Origin: Vitrella brassicaformis CCMP3155
Lineage: Eukaryota > Protista > Chromerida
Direction of reading: 5' to 3'
Assembly (NCBI GenBank): GCA_001179505.1
Contig: CDMY01000698.1
Location: 231,137 to 295,136 of the forward strand
DNA: 64,000 bases
Under the pieces are notes generated by a model that worked only from the letters and a program-made list of their open reading frames with translations, ran no database searches and was not told the origin of the DNA. This document shows positions 12,401 through 23,672 of this stretch, one piece after another. Numbering within the stretch: the stretch's first letter is position 1; each line of letters opens with the position of its first letter. The position numbers and the translations under genes are program-made.

Positions 12401-15400
12401 CTTCCTCTTTCCTGGGCTTTGCGACAATCACCATAGTTGGAGCTCTTTTCGAGACCGCTCTCATCCTCTGCGTCCGAAAGAATAAAGGTATGAGGTGAAG
12501 GAGACTGATACCTGTGGGGTATACATGTGTGTGCAGGTGGCCCTTTGCAACAAGGCGACTTCGGCAAGTACATCGAGCAAGCCGGGGTGGTGAGAACACT
12601 CGCTGCTGCCCCGCCCCCGATGCAGCCACTTCGTGCTCTCGTCCTGGATGCCACACTGGGAGATCGGGTGGCCAACGCGTTGGACATGGACTGCAGAGCG
12701 CACGAGGATCCAAGGAACTTCTTGGCAGATTACATCACGGCTGCTCTGGTCACGTCTCTGGTCATCCCAGCCATGGCCATGATAGGTGAGTCAGTCCGTC
12801 GGCTCACCTCCCGGGGTTCTTCAACCATGCGTGTGTGTGTGTGTGCAGATGATGGAGAGGCCGGCAGACTGATAGAGTCGAGGTTCGTGTCCACCCTCAT
12901 CCCGCTGCTGGGCAGGGCGGAGAGGACGAGCGTGACTATGATCGCCCTCTGCATGCGCTGTGTCATGGGACTCAGTCAGAGAGATCGGAAGGTCAGCAGA
13001 GGAAGGTCACTGACCTCCCATCTCATTTGGACCTGTGGTGCGTTTCTTTGTGTAGGTGTTGGGGACCGATGGACTGGCAAAGGTCATATGTGACGTGCTG
13101 CTCAAGGACGCACAGGGACAGCTCCTTCTCGCAGACGTCCTCCGTGACACTGACCGCAAGACGGCTGTCGACATTCTCAAGAGCATCGTCAGGTCAGCCG
13201 TGTGCTGCAGACAGGGAAGTCCGACGCATCCTTGAGTGTGTCTGTTTGTCGCTGTGTCATGTGTGTCAGCTATTGCAAGTCACTGGTCGTCAAAGGAGCA
13301 CCGAATCCCATCGTCGGACAGATACTGCAGGTGTGCACGCCGAGGGTCGTGTGTGCTGTGCCCACCCGACTGCCTGTCTGTGTGCCGCCATGTCAGTTCA
13401 AGTCCGTCAAGGCGTTGTGTGACCCCACCAGCGGCATCGAGGTCTCACGACATGTGAGCAACGCTCCTGCACAGCACGAAGCTCTCCTCTTCACCTCTCT
13501 CTGCCACATCAGGTGTCGGATTTCTTGGATGCCCTCGCCCAACAGCACCAGAAGGATACCAAGGCCCAACCCAAGACCGCCGCACAGCCAACCATTTCAG
13601 CCGCCCAGCTGGCGGCCCAGGACGCCAAAGCGAAGCGGATGGAGAAAGCCCTTCTCGAGCAAGAGCGCCGCGAGAAGGAGGCCAAGGCGAGAAAGGACCA
13701 GAAGGCCAACAAAGGAAAGGGCAAGACCAAGAGAGGCAAGGCCACAAAGGGCGGCAAGGGACAGCAGCTGGATGCTGCAGGTGGGGATGAGGCGAGCCCC
13801 TTTGATCCGATCATGGAGCCATCGGTGCCCTCCACCGCCGCATCCACCAGGTAGGGAAGCCATCCACCCACTATAGTGCATGGTGCATATGGTGCATGGC
13901 TGATGGAACTTGTGCCTCGTGTCTATCGGTGGATGTGCAGTCGGGCTTCTGCTGCCGATGAGGCGAGTCAGCTGGAGCCCTCTTCGTGGATCGCCGACAC
14001 GTGAGCAATCCATCCGCTTGACGAGATCCCCTGACACGTTTGATTCCTGTGTGTGTCTGTCGATCCCTGTTTTTGCAGGTCTGGTGCGTCTGGTGTGTCA
14101 TCCGTGTCAGTCGCTGGGGGCAGCGACCTGCCTGGTGATGGTGGCGATTCAGCAAATTCGGCGGCTGTCGTAAGTGATGATGATGAGGACGGCGACGCTA
14201 TGCTGATCAACTCGGCGTTCGGACAACACGCGCGGCAACAGAGGAACCAGGGCAAGAAGAAAAAGACAGAAGGCAAACACAACACCAGGCCCACCCCGAC
14301 GCCTACATCTCAGCCGAGCCAGCCGTCTCGCCCCTCACTCCCACCCGCACTCAGGACCAACCAGACTGGGCAGATTGGGCGCCCTCCACTTGCCGCCAAT
14401 GAGGATCGTTATCGCGGCGGCACAGCACCCATTCGGATGCCCGCACCCATCCCCCTCTCAAGCGCCCACTTCCCCAAGGGTCGCTTCAAGATGTCACCTG
14501 GCAATGGGGGGCTGGCCCCTCCTGTGCCGAAGCGTCCCATGATTCCCCGTCCGCTGCTGTCTGACGATGACAGCCCGTCTGGCTGGGCGTCGCCTCCCCT
14601 CCGGCCAATGGGAGGTCGTGGGGCGGGGAGGGGCCGCATGACCATGTTTGCCCACCGCCCGCCCCCTCCTCCCTCCATCCCGTACTCCCCATTCCCGTCG
14701 GCTGAGGAGCTGCGCAACAGATCATTACTGCAGCACACTGGACAAGACGACCAACAGCAGCCGACACGTGCCGAGAGGCCGAGGTGGGATGGTCGCAGAC
14801 AACGAATGTCGTGATGTGATCGCAATGATGGCTTCTCTCCTGCTGTGTCTGCAGTCTGTCTACTGCTGGTCCTTCGCTGAGTCGCTTCTTCGCCCATGCG
14901 CCTATCGGGCCCGGCCAACCGGCTGCTGCTGCCGCTGCTGGCGGACCTGGCGCTGGGGGGCTGTCAGCTGATCTGTTCTACGACAGTGAGGGTGACGACA
15001 TGTACTGTGTGCCGCCCCCGCCGGCCTTTTCAGCACCACCTGCGCCACACTCACCGATCGACCCAAGGTGACACGGGCGCGACACCCACATCAACAACGC
15101 TTGTACCGATGAGTGCTTGCTCCATGCCTATCATGCTGTGTAGTGCTTTCCATCGGATGGGTCCCTCGATTCCTGTCAGCTACAATGACGGCCCCCAGCC
15201 GTCCGGCGCCCCGTCAGATCCGTTCGGTATTCCTTATCCCCTCCCGTCTGGCCCACCAGCACCGGCATCTGCTGCTGTTGCTGGTGGTGGCTTGTCGGCT
15301 GACCCGTTCTATGGCTACGACAGTGGTGATGACGATATGTATGTGCCGCCCCCGCCGCCCATATTTGAGTATGAGGAGGAAGGGTACCAGCCGCCCTCAT

Positions 15401-16337
15401 CGAGCAGTCCAGCCGACCCCTTCGCTGCGGCCCAGACGGCCGGGACCATGCAGGGCGGCAATGTCGGGGCATCCACAGGGTATACAGATGCAGGCAGAGA
15501 GGAAACCGACAGCACGTATCACTCTGTTCCTCTGCTGCTGTGTGTTTGTGTATAGGTTTGGTGCGGGGATGGGTGCTGGTGCGTCTGGGAGTGAGGAGCT
15601 TGTCGATCAGCTCTGCCGCCAACTCGAGCAGAAGGACCAGGAGGCCAAGCGGAGAGCCCGTGAGGCCAAGCGAAGGGCTCAGGAGCTGCAGGAGGCCCGG
15701 GAGAAGGAACAAGAGGCCAAGCGGAATGAGGAGGCGCTAATACGCCAGCTGCAAGAGGCGCAATGGACGTAAGGAAAGCAATGGGGGGCCTCGCCTCTGT
15801 CTGCATCCATACGTATCTCTCGCTCTCATCAGGATTGCCAAAATGGCCGCGCAGCAGTCATCCCACCACCACCACCAGCACCAACCTTCGTCCAGCAGTT
15901 CATCGGCCCCCCCGCCCCCCTCCTCATCATTCGCCCACCCTCACCCATCCACACACGCCAACACAACAATGCACCAGCACCAGCAGCAGCATGACAGTGG
16001 GAATTATGACGACTGCGACGTGTGTTTTGGGGAGCACGGCCAGGCGACCATCATGTACGTCCCCTGCTGACACATGCGTGTGTGTCCCCACTGCTATGAG
16101 GACCGCAAGGCCGCCTGGCAGCGGGAGCTCAGCCGAGTGAAGGCGGAGAACGACCGCCGTCGCGAGGAGAACGAGGTCGCCAGGAGACTTAACGAGACCC
16201 GCAGCCAGGAGGAGCAGATCTCGCTGGTGAAGCTGCTGGATGAGCCCGAGTACACCTGCGAGCACTGCAAGGCCAAGGTGGAGTTCGCCGGCACCGTGGA
16301 CGATTGCATCAAGTGGGTGGCCAGACCGTTCAAGTGA
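9485..16337 (+). pseudogene. Large multi-exon gene: tandem helical (ARM/HEAT-like) domains + Lys-rich coiled coil + Pro-rich region + C-terminal RING-HC; disabled copy 1
   Basis: Exons link through GT-AG introns from MSRQRSCKT to ...CIKWVARPFK*. Three lesions: +1 frameshift near 9671, 1-bp deletion near 12132 (ttctcattttc vs ttctccattttc in the paralog) and in-frame TGA at 16068-16070 inside the RING (PC*H vs PCRH in the paralog). Confidence 0.75.
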
Positions 16338-19300
16338 CTCACTGACTGTTCGACGGACGTGTGGAGGAATGCTTTCGCGGCTGTGTGCTCCGTCGTGGGC
16401 GGATCGATATTGAGAAAGCATGGTCATGTGAGTGGGGAAGCGTGTGGGTGTTTGTTCTGTGTGGCGTATCAAGCAAAGGCGTACACACAGCGCAGGTATC
16501 TTGTCGTGTGAGTTTGTGGCCGTTTTTGTCTGTCATTCGCTCCATTGCATACACACACACATACGAACGTCTGTGTATGTCTGCCCCTTTATGTATGTGC
16601 CTACGTGTGTGTCTATGTGTGTACGTATTGGCGGCCTTCCATGCGTCCGACCCTGTGCATGTGCGTCCACACACTGCTCGCTGCATGTCCGTGTGCGTGT
16701 CCATGTGCATGCCGGCATGTCAATTTATGCAGACAGACAGACCAACACTTTGGTGCGTGAGGACCTCTGACGGAATGGACTCGACTACTCAATTCTCTCA
16801 ATTCCTACTCGATCCTCTCGGGCCGCCCGTGCCTGCTCGTATGTTGCCGTCGTTCGCAGCGCGTTGCATATCCATCTGTTTGCCCATACACACTTATATT
16901 CGAGTCGACCATTCATTCCGTCAGATCCACGCACATAAATGTCGAGCAACAGGCAGGCACAGTGAGCACACACAAACAGGGAACTCATCCGAGAAAGCCA
17001 CATCTGTATCTGTCTGTATGTCTTAGACACGAAATGCCGCCAAAGTCAGACGATTGGGAAGCCCGTCCTCTCTCCTCCTCTCTCTCGTTGTGTCGCCCCC
17101 CACCACCCCTCCGAGCCACGCTGAATGGGCAAGTCACGAAGTGTATGAACATAACACAAATACGGAAAACACAACAAATGCAGGCTGCGTGCTGCTTAGT
17201 TAAGTATACAATGACGTCACATCACACTCACACACACTCTACTGATGGAATGCCTCGTAGGCGCGCTGTTCCTCCAGCTTCGCCAAATCGTCCGGAAAGA
17301 CACACGGCGCGAACAGCGGATGGCGTCGAGGGTCGCCCATCCTCCCTGTGAACACGCACACACATACACAGACACACATCGACAGACACGCACTTCCGCC
17401 TGTCCGTGTCTCTTGCTGTGCGTGCTGTGTGTCTCACTCACTCACCGTTTCCATCTGTCCTCTGTATGAAGTCGATCTTTATCTCATCGGTGAGGCACTG
17501 CCGCGTCACCGCGCGGAGGGTGCTCCTGGCTGTGGTGCTCCCCGGCACGTTCCAGAGCGCCTTCCTGCTGTAGAAGTCTTGAAGTCGCAGCCTCTCCCTC
17601 ACCGCCGCAGGATCGTCGTAGACCTCTCGCAGTAAGGGAGTGAGGGATTCGCGAGGGGACCGAGCGAAGTCGGGGCCGTCGATCGCATAGGTGAAATTCC
17701 TACACAGATGCATTCATACGTAACATATATTGGCACACAATTAGTGTGTGCAAGACCCTGCTTCCTTCCTGTCCTCCTCCCTCACCCACTCGCCCACCCA
17801 CTGACCTCCGCGGAATCTCACATTGGAACGGGACCCCAGTCTTGAACATCTCCTCTGTCTCTGTGATGAGCACGTTGAGAGTCCGCGTCCACAGCCCGTC
17901 GAACAACCGGTTGCTTGTCACATCGTCGCCCCGGAAGCAAAGATTGAGCTTTGAGTTGCCCAGCCGATGCAGAAACGTGGCCGCCGCATAGCGGCCACGA
18001 TCTGTTCGCTTGTCACTCTGCCGACCAGCCCTTTTTTCTTTCTTCGGAGCCATCCGCCCACAGCACCGCTCGAACTTGCCCATCTTTCCGCCGAAGACCT
18101 CCTTATTGATGCCGTCTTTGCGCGGACAGTAAGGAATTGACTCCCTTCGCTCCTTGCCGTCTGCGTCCAGCACTTGATAGGTCATGGGCTTGGACGAGGA
18201 GACCAGGACGTTGGAGCTTGTATTGGGCCTGAATCGCCAGCCAGCGAGGTGCTGCAGCCCCAGACGGCGGTAGCGATATGCATGCCTTTTGTCCGCTTGA
18301 CCTACATCGATGACGCAACACGAGACCACATGCATCCACATAAGAGAGGTCCATCCATCCCGCCCACTGCTCGCTCACCCTGAAAGAAAAGGTTGTAGTC
18401 TCTCGCGAACCAGTTTTGTCGCGACGGGGGGTCGAGTGCGGTGTCCAGCCGGTCGTCCTCGAAGACATCCTCAGGGGAAATGAAGCCGCGCTCCAGCAGG
18501 ATCTCCTTCTCAAAGGGCTCGTAGGCCTTCTGCATGTAGGTCATGGCAGAACTATACAGACAGACACACACACACGCAAGTCACTCGATTCAATCACTCG
18601 TGCCACCCAGGCTGGCCTGTCTATCTGTCGACTCACGTGTGTGGCACGTTGACACCGCACTGCCATGACCTGTTCTCTGCAGACAAACAGACAAGGGCAC
18701 TTGATGCATGGCACAAACCGAATCCATCCATTGGCTACTTACTGTCCAATGTGAGGGTGCGGCCCCACGTGATGTTCCCGACAAAGGCATGAAAGGTCGA
18801 TCCAAAAACCTTCTTCATGGATCCTCTCATTCGCCAGTCTGTCGCCTATGTGGCAGCCATACGCAGCGTTGACACGATTTCATATGCGTGCTTGGCCTTC
18901 CTTACGATAACGATATGATCCAGCCCGCCATGTCGGTAATAGTAGGGCATTGCCGTGATCTGAATAAATCATGGGACAACCGAGTCGAGAGGAAACGATT
19001 CGCGTAATGTGTGCCCATCTGCTTACCTCATGAACGGCCCGAGTGGCCAGTGCGTGAGTTTGTTTTCGTTTGAGACCCGTGCAAACCTGATCCAACAGAA
19101 GCACTGCAACACAGAAGCATTCAAAAGGCCCCTCGATTGCTTCTCTGCCCCAACACCCATGCACCTGGATAGATGGGGAGGACATACACGAGCGCCTGGT
19201 CAGGATCGAATGTGCGCCACGTGTCGCTCCACAGCTGATCCAGCCAGAAGATCTCCCCTGCACCACCACCACATACGACAGGTTTATACGACGTCGGCAA

Positions 19301-19656
19301 CCTTCCGTACCTATCTTCTTCTTGATCCCATGGTTGGCATATCGAGGCCATGAGCCTTCGAGGATTGCCCTTGCCGGCCCCTGACACCTGTTGTACATCT
19401 CCATCAGCGCGGGCGTGCCGTAGACGTAGAACGGGACCTCGATCTTGCTCTCCAGTGCCTCAAGGTCAGCAAAGTCTTCCCGTTCCTCCCCTTCTCTCGC
19501 TGCTTGTGCAATGCCCGAAATGGCTCCGCTCATCACTTCGCGGAAGAGTGAAAGAGGCGTTGGGAGCAAAAGAGCGTCGAGAGCGAAGATGACTGCGCCG
19601 AAGATGCCGAAGGCGGCGAGACAGATGAGGACGCAGGGCAGCGTCAGCACCGTCAT
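10840..19656 (+). repeat. Left arm of ~9 kb inverted segmental duplication
   Basis: Paired coordinates sum to ~74.45-74.55 kb across the arm (11294/63231, 13513/61016, 15843/58640, 17713/56787, 19656/54794); exons, introns and the intergenic spacer align as reverse complements. Confidence 0.92.
17239..19656 (-). CDS. Exostosin-family (GT47) glycosyltransferase, type II membrane protein, copy 1
   Basis: N-terminal hydrophobic anchor (MTVLTLPCVLICLAAFGIFGAVIF); spliced motifs VPFYVY, GEIFWLDQLWSDTWRTFDPDQALVYVLPIYP, MPYYYRHGGLDHIV, RDYNLFFQG, NSKLNLCFRGDDVTSNRLFDGL match GT47 hallmarks (RT.DP..A..f.vP, PY..R.GG.DH, S.fcL...GD...s.RLFD). Ends YEAFHQ* (TAG). Confidence 0.85.
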
Positions 19657-20331
19657 CTTGGTCTGACAAGGGAAGGGAGCGGTTGGAGATCTGGCCAGAT
19701 CAGAGCGAGGAAGCCGCTGCGAGCTTGGGGGCTGACGGAGGGGGCGTCTCTCAAGCGATTCATTGTGCTTTCCACAGGCACCGCGAAAGAGGCCTCTATC
19801 ATCGACAGCGAGGCCCCAACAGTCGATATCGGTCACCAGGCTCCGGCCGGGGCACAGCTGAGGGAGTGACGGTCCCAGGCGATGGCGAAGCGGCGATGGG
19901 GGGAGGTCGATTGCTGGGCAGGGACGGTAGGGCACCATGGTCAAGCCACTGGAGAGCTGGGGAGGGGACTTGCCGCTGGGTAGGATGACTCGTTTAAGGC
20001 CAGCCCTGCGGAGACACGATGGATCACGGGATGAGCATTCTTTTGTGAATGTCTGTTTGTCTGTGTGTGTGTGTCCATAGGGAGCATTGCTTCCCAGGAG
20101 ACCAGAAGCACAGTCATGAAAACTCACGCGTTGTCATCGCATGTTTGTGTTGCCAATTGCATTCATGTCTTGGTGCAGGGTTGGGCAAGACAAAGACGAG
20201 CAGCCGCTTCCATTGCTGGATCGAGGACGAAGTGAAGCCCCTAAGTCAGAAAGCCGCAACCACATACAAGCACGTTACCTCTATGCGCTTTCGGCTTACA
20301 TTGATTCTGTCGCAACTGAATCCCTGCTGTA

Positions 20332-21450
20332 TTGTCTGCTTCAGGTGGCAACCTCTATGGCTTAGACCACCGCAACGTGTTGTTAGGTAAAAGAAGAATC
20401 ACAAGAACGCACCTCTGCGACGACCATGGTAGCATCCCAGAAAGTCTCACAAATGCTCTTAATCAAATCTCTCTCTCTTCTGGACTGCTGTTTTGGGTCG
20501 ATTCAGAAGTCGAGGTTGTTGGCATCAAGGGAACTGACAAGACCCTGAAGCAGGAAGCCAAGCGAACGGTCACTCGGCCTCCCGCCACCCACAAGACCGT
20601 CAAGCACAACGTGATCAAAAAGGAGTCGTCAGGTGATCTCACGGTGTGCAGAAAGGATGGGAGTGATTTTGTGCATGAGGGCAAGAAGTCAAGCAAGCCT
20701 GCATCAATTGAAATGACAATTGCGCAAAGACGGATTTCTTTTGTGTATCTTTGCATGTGTGTGTTCGATTCAAGCCATCACCCGCCTCCGATTTCGGAGA
20801 TGTCACAGTGGGCTGAAGACATTGATGTCTTCAGCCCGAGTAACTTCGTCTTCATCACAACGAACAAAGACATCACCCACGCGAAGAACTTTAAGAGCGG
20901 CCGCGTCTTCGACTTCCAGCGAGTGATTGGCGAGCAGCGGTATTGGCTCAATGCGATCTTCCTCGCGAAACACGGCTGCACGGCAGCGCTAGAAGAGCTG
21001 CACGGGAGACTGATGCGGCGACAGCATGATGACGGCCGGGACCTGTCCATTGCCAAGAAGACCACCACCAGCAAGAATGCCAAAGTGAATGTGAGCAGCA
21101 ATGCAATGGGCGGCACCATCGGACCTCCGAGTTCATCATCCCCAGCACACGCACATGAAGCCGGCTGCAGCCTGTGGTCAAATGGGATGCACCAAATGGC
21201 GAGCGATATGCGCATCAGCCCTGCTCAAGGCGTCGACCAATATGCAGCCACCCAGTGCTTCAATGCACTTCTGACTGAGTCAGCCATCGATCTGCTGTGC
21301 GATGCAGAGACACTGTCAGGGGATTGGAGAGAGAGACATGACACGGGACGGGGCACGGGAAGCGGAGAGAAGGAAGACGTGTTTGCGATTGGTGAACGGG
21401 ATGGTTGTATGATGTGCGAAGCGAGATGGGATACGCATATGGATGGCTAG
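20332..21450 (+). CDS. Hypothetical protein (372-codon ORF; possible upstream exons from ~19.9 kb)
   Basis: Longest stop-free frame in the region, largely free of microsatellites; candidate acceptors at ~20079, ~20178 and ~20344 suggest upstream exons. No recognisable domain. Confidence 0.45.
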   Translation: MSASGGNLYGLDHRNVLLGKRRITRTHLCDDHGSIPESLTNALNQISLSSGLLFWVDSEVEVVGIKGTDKTLKQEAKRTVTRPPATHKTVKHNVIKKESSGDLTVCRKDGSDFVHEGKKSSKPASIEMTIAQRRISFVYLCMCVFDSSHHPPPISEMSQWAEDIDVFSPSNFVFITTNKDITHAKNFKSGRVFDFQRVIGEQRYWLNAIFLAKHGCTAALEELHGRLMRRQHDDGRDLSIAKKTTTSKNAKVNVSSNAMGGTIGPPSSSSPAHAHEAGCSLWSNGMHQMASDMRISPAQGVDQYAATQCFNALLTESAIDLLCDAETLSGDWRERHDTGRGTGSGEKEDVFAIGERDGCMMCEARWDTHMDG

Positions 21451-23281
21451 CTGGTGTGTGCCATTCATGTCAGTGCTGCCGTATGTAATGTGATATCTGT
21501 TCGTTTCTGGACGACAGACAGACATAAAGGCACTCTCTGGTCGGCTGGGATGGGTGGGATGGGCGGGCCCGCCTACTGCTTTGGTGGTGTGATGTCTCTG
21601 TTGCTGGTTAGGTGAAGTGGGGGATGGAGCAGGCGATGGACAGACAGGCACTAGGACTGATGAATGAAGAGACTCATTGTGTGTGACCATGGATGGATAG
21701 ATAGATGACTCGTCTGTCTGTGCTGTCGGTCGACGGCTGTAAAGTAGCGGCAGTTGCTTTCAATCCACTGCTAGCGGTCTACATGTCCATGTGTGTACCA
21801 TGCATGGGGCGGTCGGTTGATGTATTGGATGGATCTGCAACAGGCAGGGTGCGCGTCTGTCAGATCCATTTCGACTCGCATTATGTGACACACACAGCCA
21901 GGTCCATGGTAATGTAATGCGCGGCGTACCGTATGCCCACTTGTCAGCGCCTTGCTTGCGAATAACGTCTTAGTCGAATCAGTCAGCGACCGTGGAGGCA
22001 GTGAGTGGGTGGCCGCACGAGACACAAGGGAAGGACATAAAGGCAGGCAGGGCTCGGTGAAAAAAGTTTATGGCCCTCTCACTACCCGCCTCCCCCCCCC
22101 ACCAGCACAGACGCACGGACGGACGGACGCACCCGCACACCACGTACGAACGATGAGTGCGCTGCAGGTATCCATCCATCCATCCACACACACGTACATG
22201 CAACCAGCTCAGTCAGTCAGTCAGTGAGTCGATAAACGGGCCGGTACGGGAGGAGGTATGTATGTGCGCGTACGCATTCGTTCTCTCTCGCCATTCAGGG
22301 CGATGCCAAAGTCGAAACGACAAGCGTGCTCCCCTCCCGGCCCGACCCGGCCCCTCCCTGCCGGCACGGCGCCACGCCAACCATCACGGACGGCAACACC
22401 TCATCCAACAATGGACACACCTTCATCCATTATGTACAGCAGGGGTCAGGCAGGCAGGCAGGCAGGCAGGCAGGTAGGTATGTCAGATCTCGCCTATTTA
22501 GCGATGGAAATCACTCAACACCCTACCGTAGGCACCGCCCAGATGATCAGCACAACCACATGAATGCACACAAGCTTTGCAAGGCATTTGTGTATTGCAC
22601 ATGTGACGTGCCCGGTTTGCGACGCGTCCGTCGGGAGGACGTCTGAAAATCTCCGGACACGCCAGTGCAATGCCATGCAGTCAGTCAATGCATTCGACGC
22701 AATCACTACACAATCCACTACACATCGATCACATTCAATGTATATGTATGTCCTCAATCATCAGTCAATCAAGGGAGGGAGGCAGGGAGGGAGGTCCACA
22801 GGTCCCCCGGCCGCCGACATGACATGACCGCCCGAGTAGCCTCTGTATCCCAAGCAATCAAGAGAGACGGCGGGCAGTGGAGGTGAGGTGAGGTGAGGTG
22901 GGTACATTAGATACCGCCCCACACCCCACGCACCCCCAAGACTGGCATGGCAACCCATAGATAACAGACACACAACACAAGACAAGACACGCATGTGTGT
23001 GTATGTGTGTGTACGCCCAACAGACAGACAGACAGACAACGGTGCGCACACAAACGTCCAGTCACTCACTCACGGACGTTATCCTCTTGCCTTAACACGT
23101 CCGACCGCCGCCTGTGTGTGTGTGTGTGTGTGTGTCACAGACACATGTCACTCTCTCACACATACACACAACCACTACAGATCACTCACGGCCGATGGGA
23201 TGGATCCACAGCGACCGACCGACTGACGATGGATGCCCAGCTCCCCCACACCACACACACGCAAACACATACACACGCAGG

Positions 23282-23319
<38 letters not shown>

Positions 23320-23672
23320 TGCAGCACGGTCCGTCGGTCGATCCACGGGTCATCCATCCATCCATCCAGCGATCGATAAAGGTTTTAAAGCCGTACGCGC
23401 GCGGACACGCTATGTATGCGGCAGCTCTTCAAGCAATGAGGCAGGCAGGCAGGCAGCGTACGAGGGAACCCATGATAATCCAGGCATCAATCACTTAACA
23501 CCATGCAATGCATCAGCCATGTCAGATAGTTAAGCGTGACTGACATGAATGAACCAATCGTCGAAAAAGACTCGCTCACGAAAAGACAGTGTGTGAGCGA
23601 GCGAGTGAATGTGTGTGTGTGTGTGTGTGTGTATGGTAGTGCGGTGCAGTGTGGTGTGGTGTGCCCCTCTCC

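Noticed and set aside
16068-16070. Selenocysteine or readthrough at the TGA inside the RING
   Set aside because: The position is Arg (AGA) in the paralog and not a zinc ligand; the same gene also has two frameshifts; TGA is an ordinary stop in ZIP and other genes here.
21451-23672. Hidden gene or ncRNA in the long intergenic tracts (also 39296-41172)
   Set aside because: Dominated by mixed microsatellites; short ORFs are repeat translations; no tRNA, rRNA or snRNA motif recognised by eye, though an Infernal/Rfam scan would be needed to exclude one.
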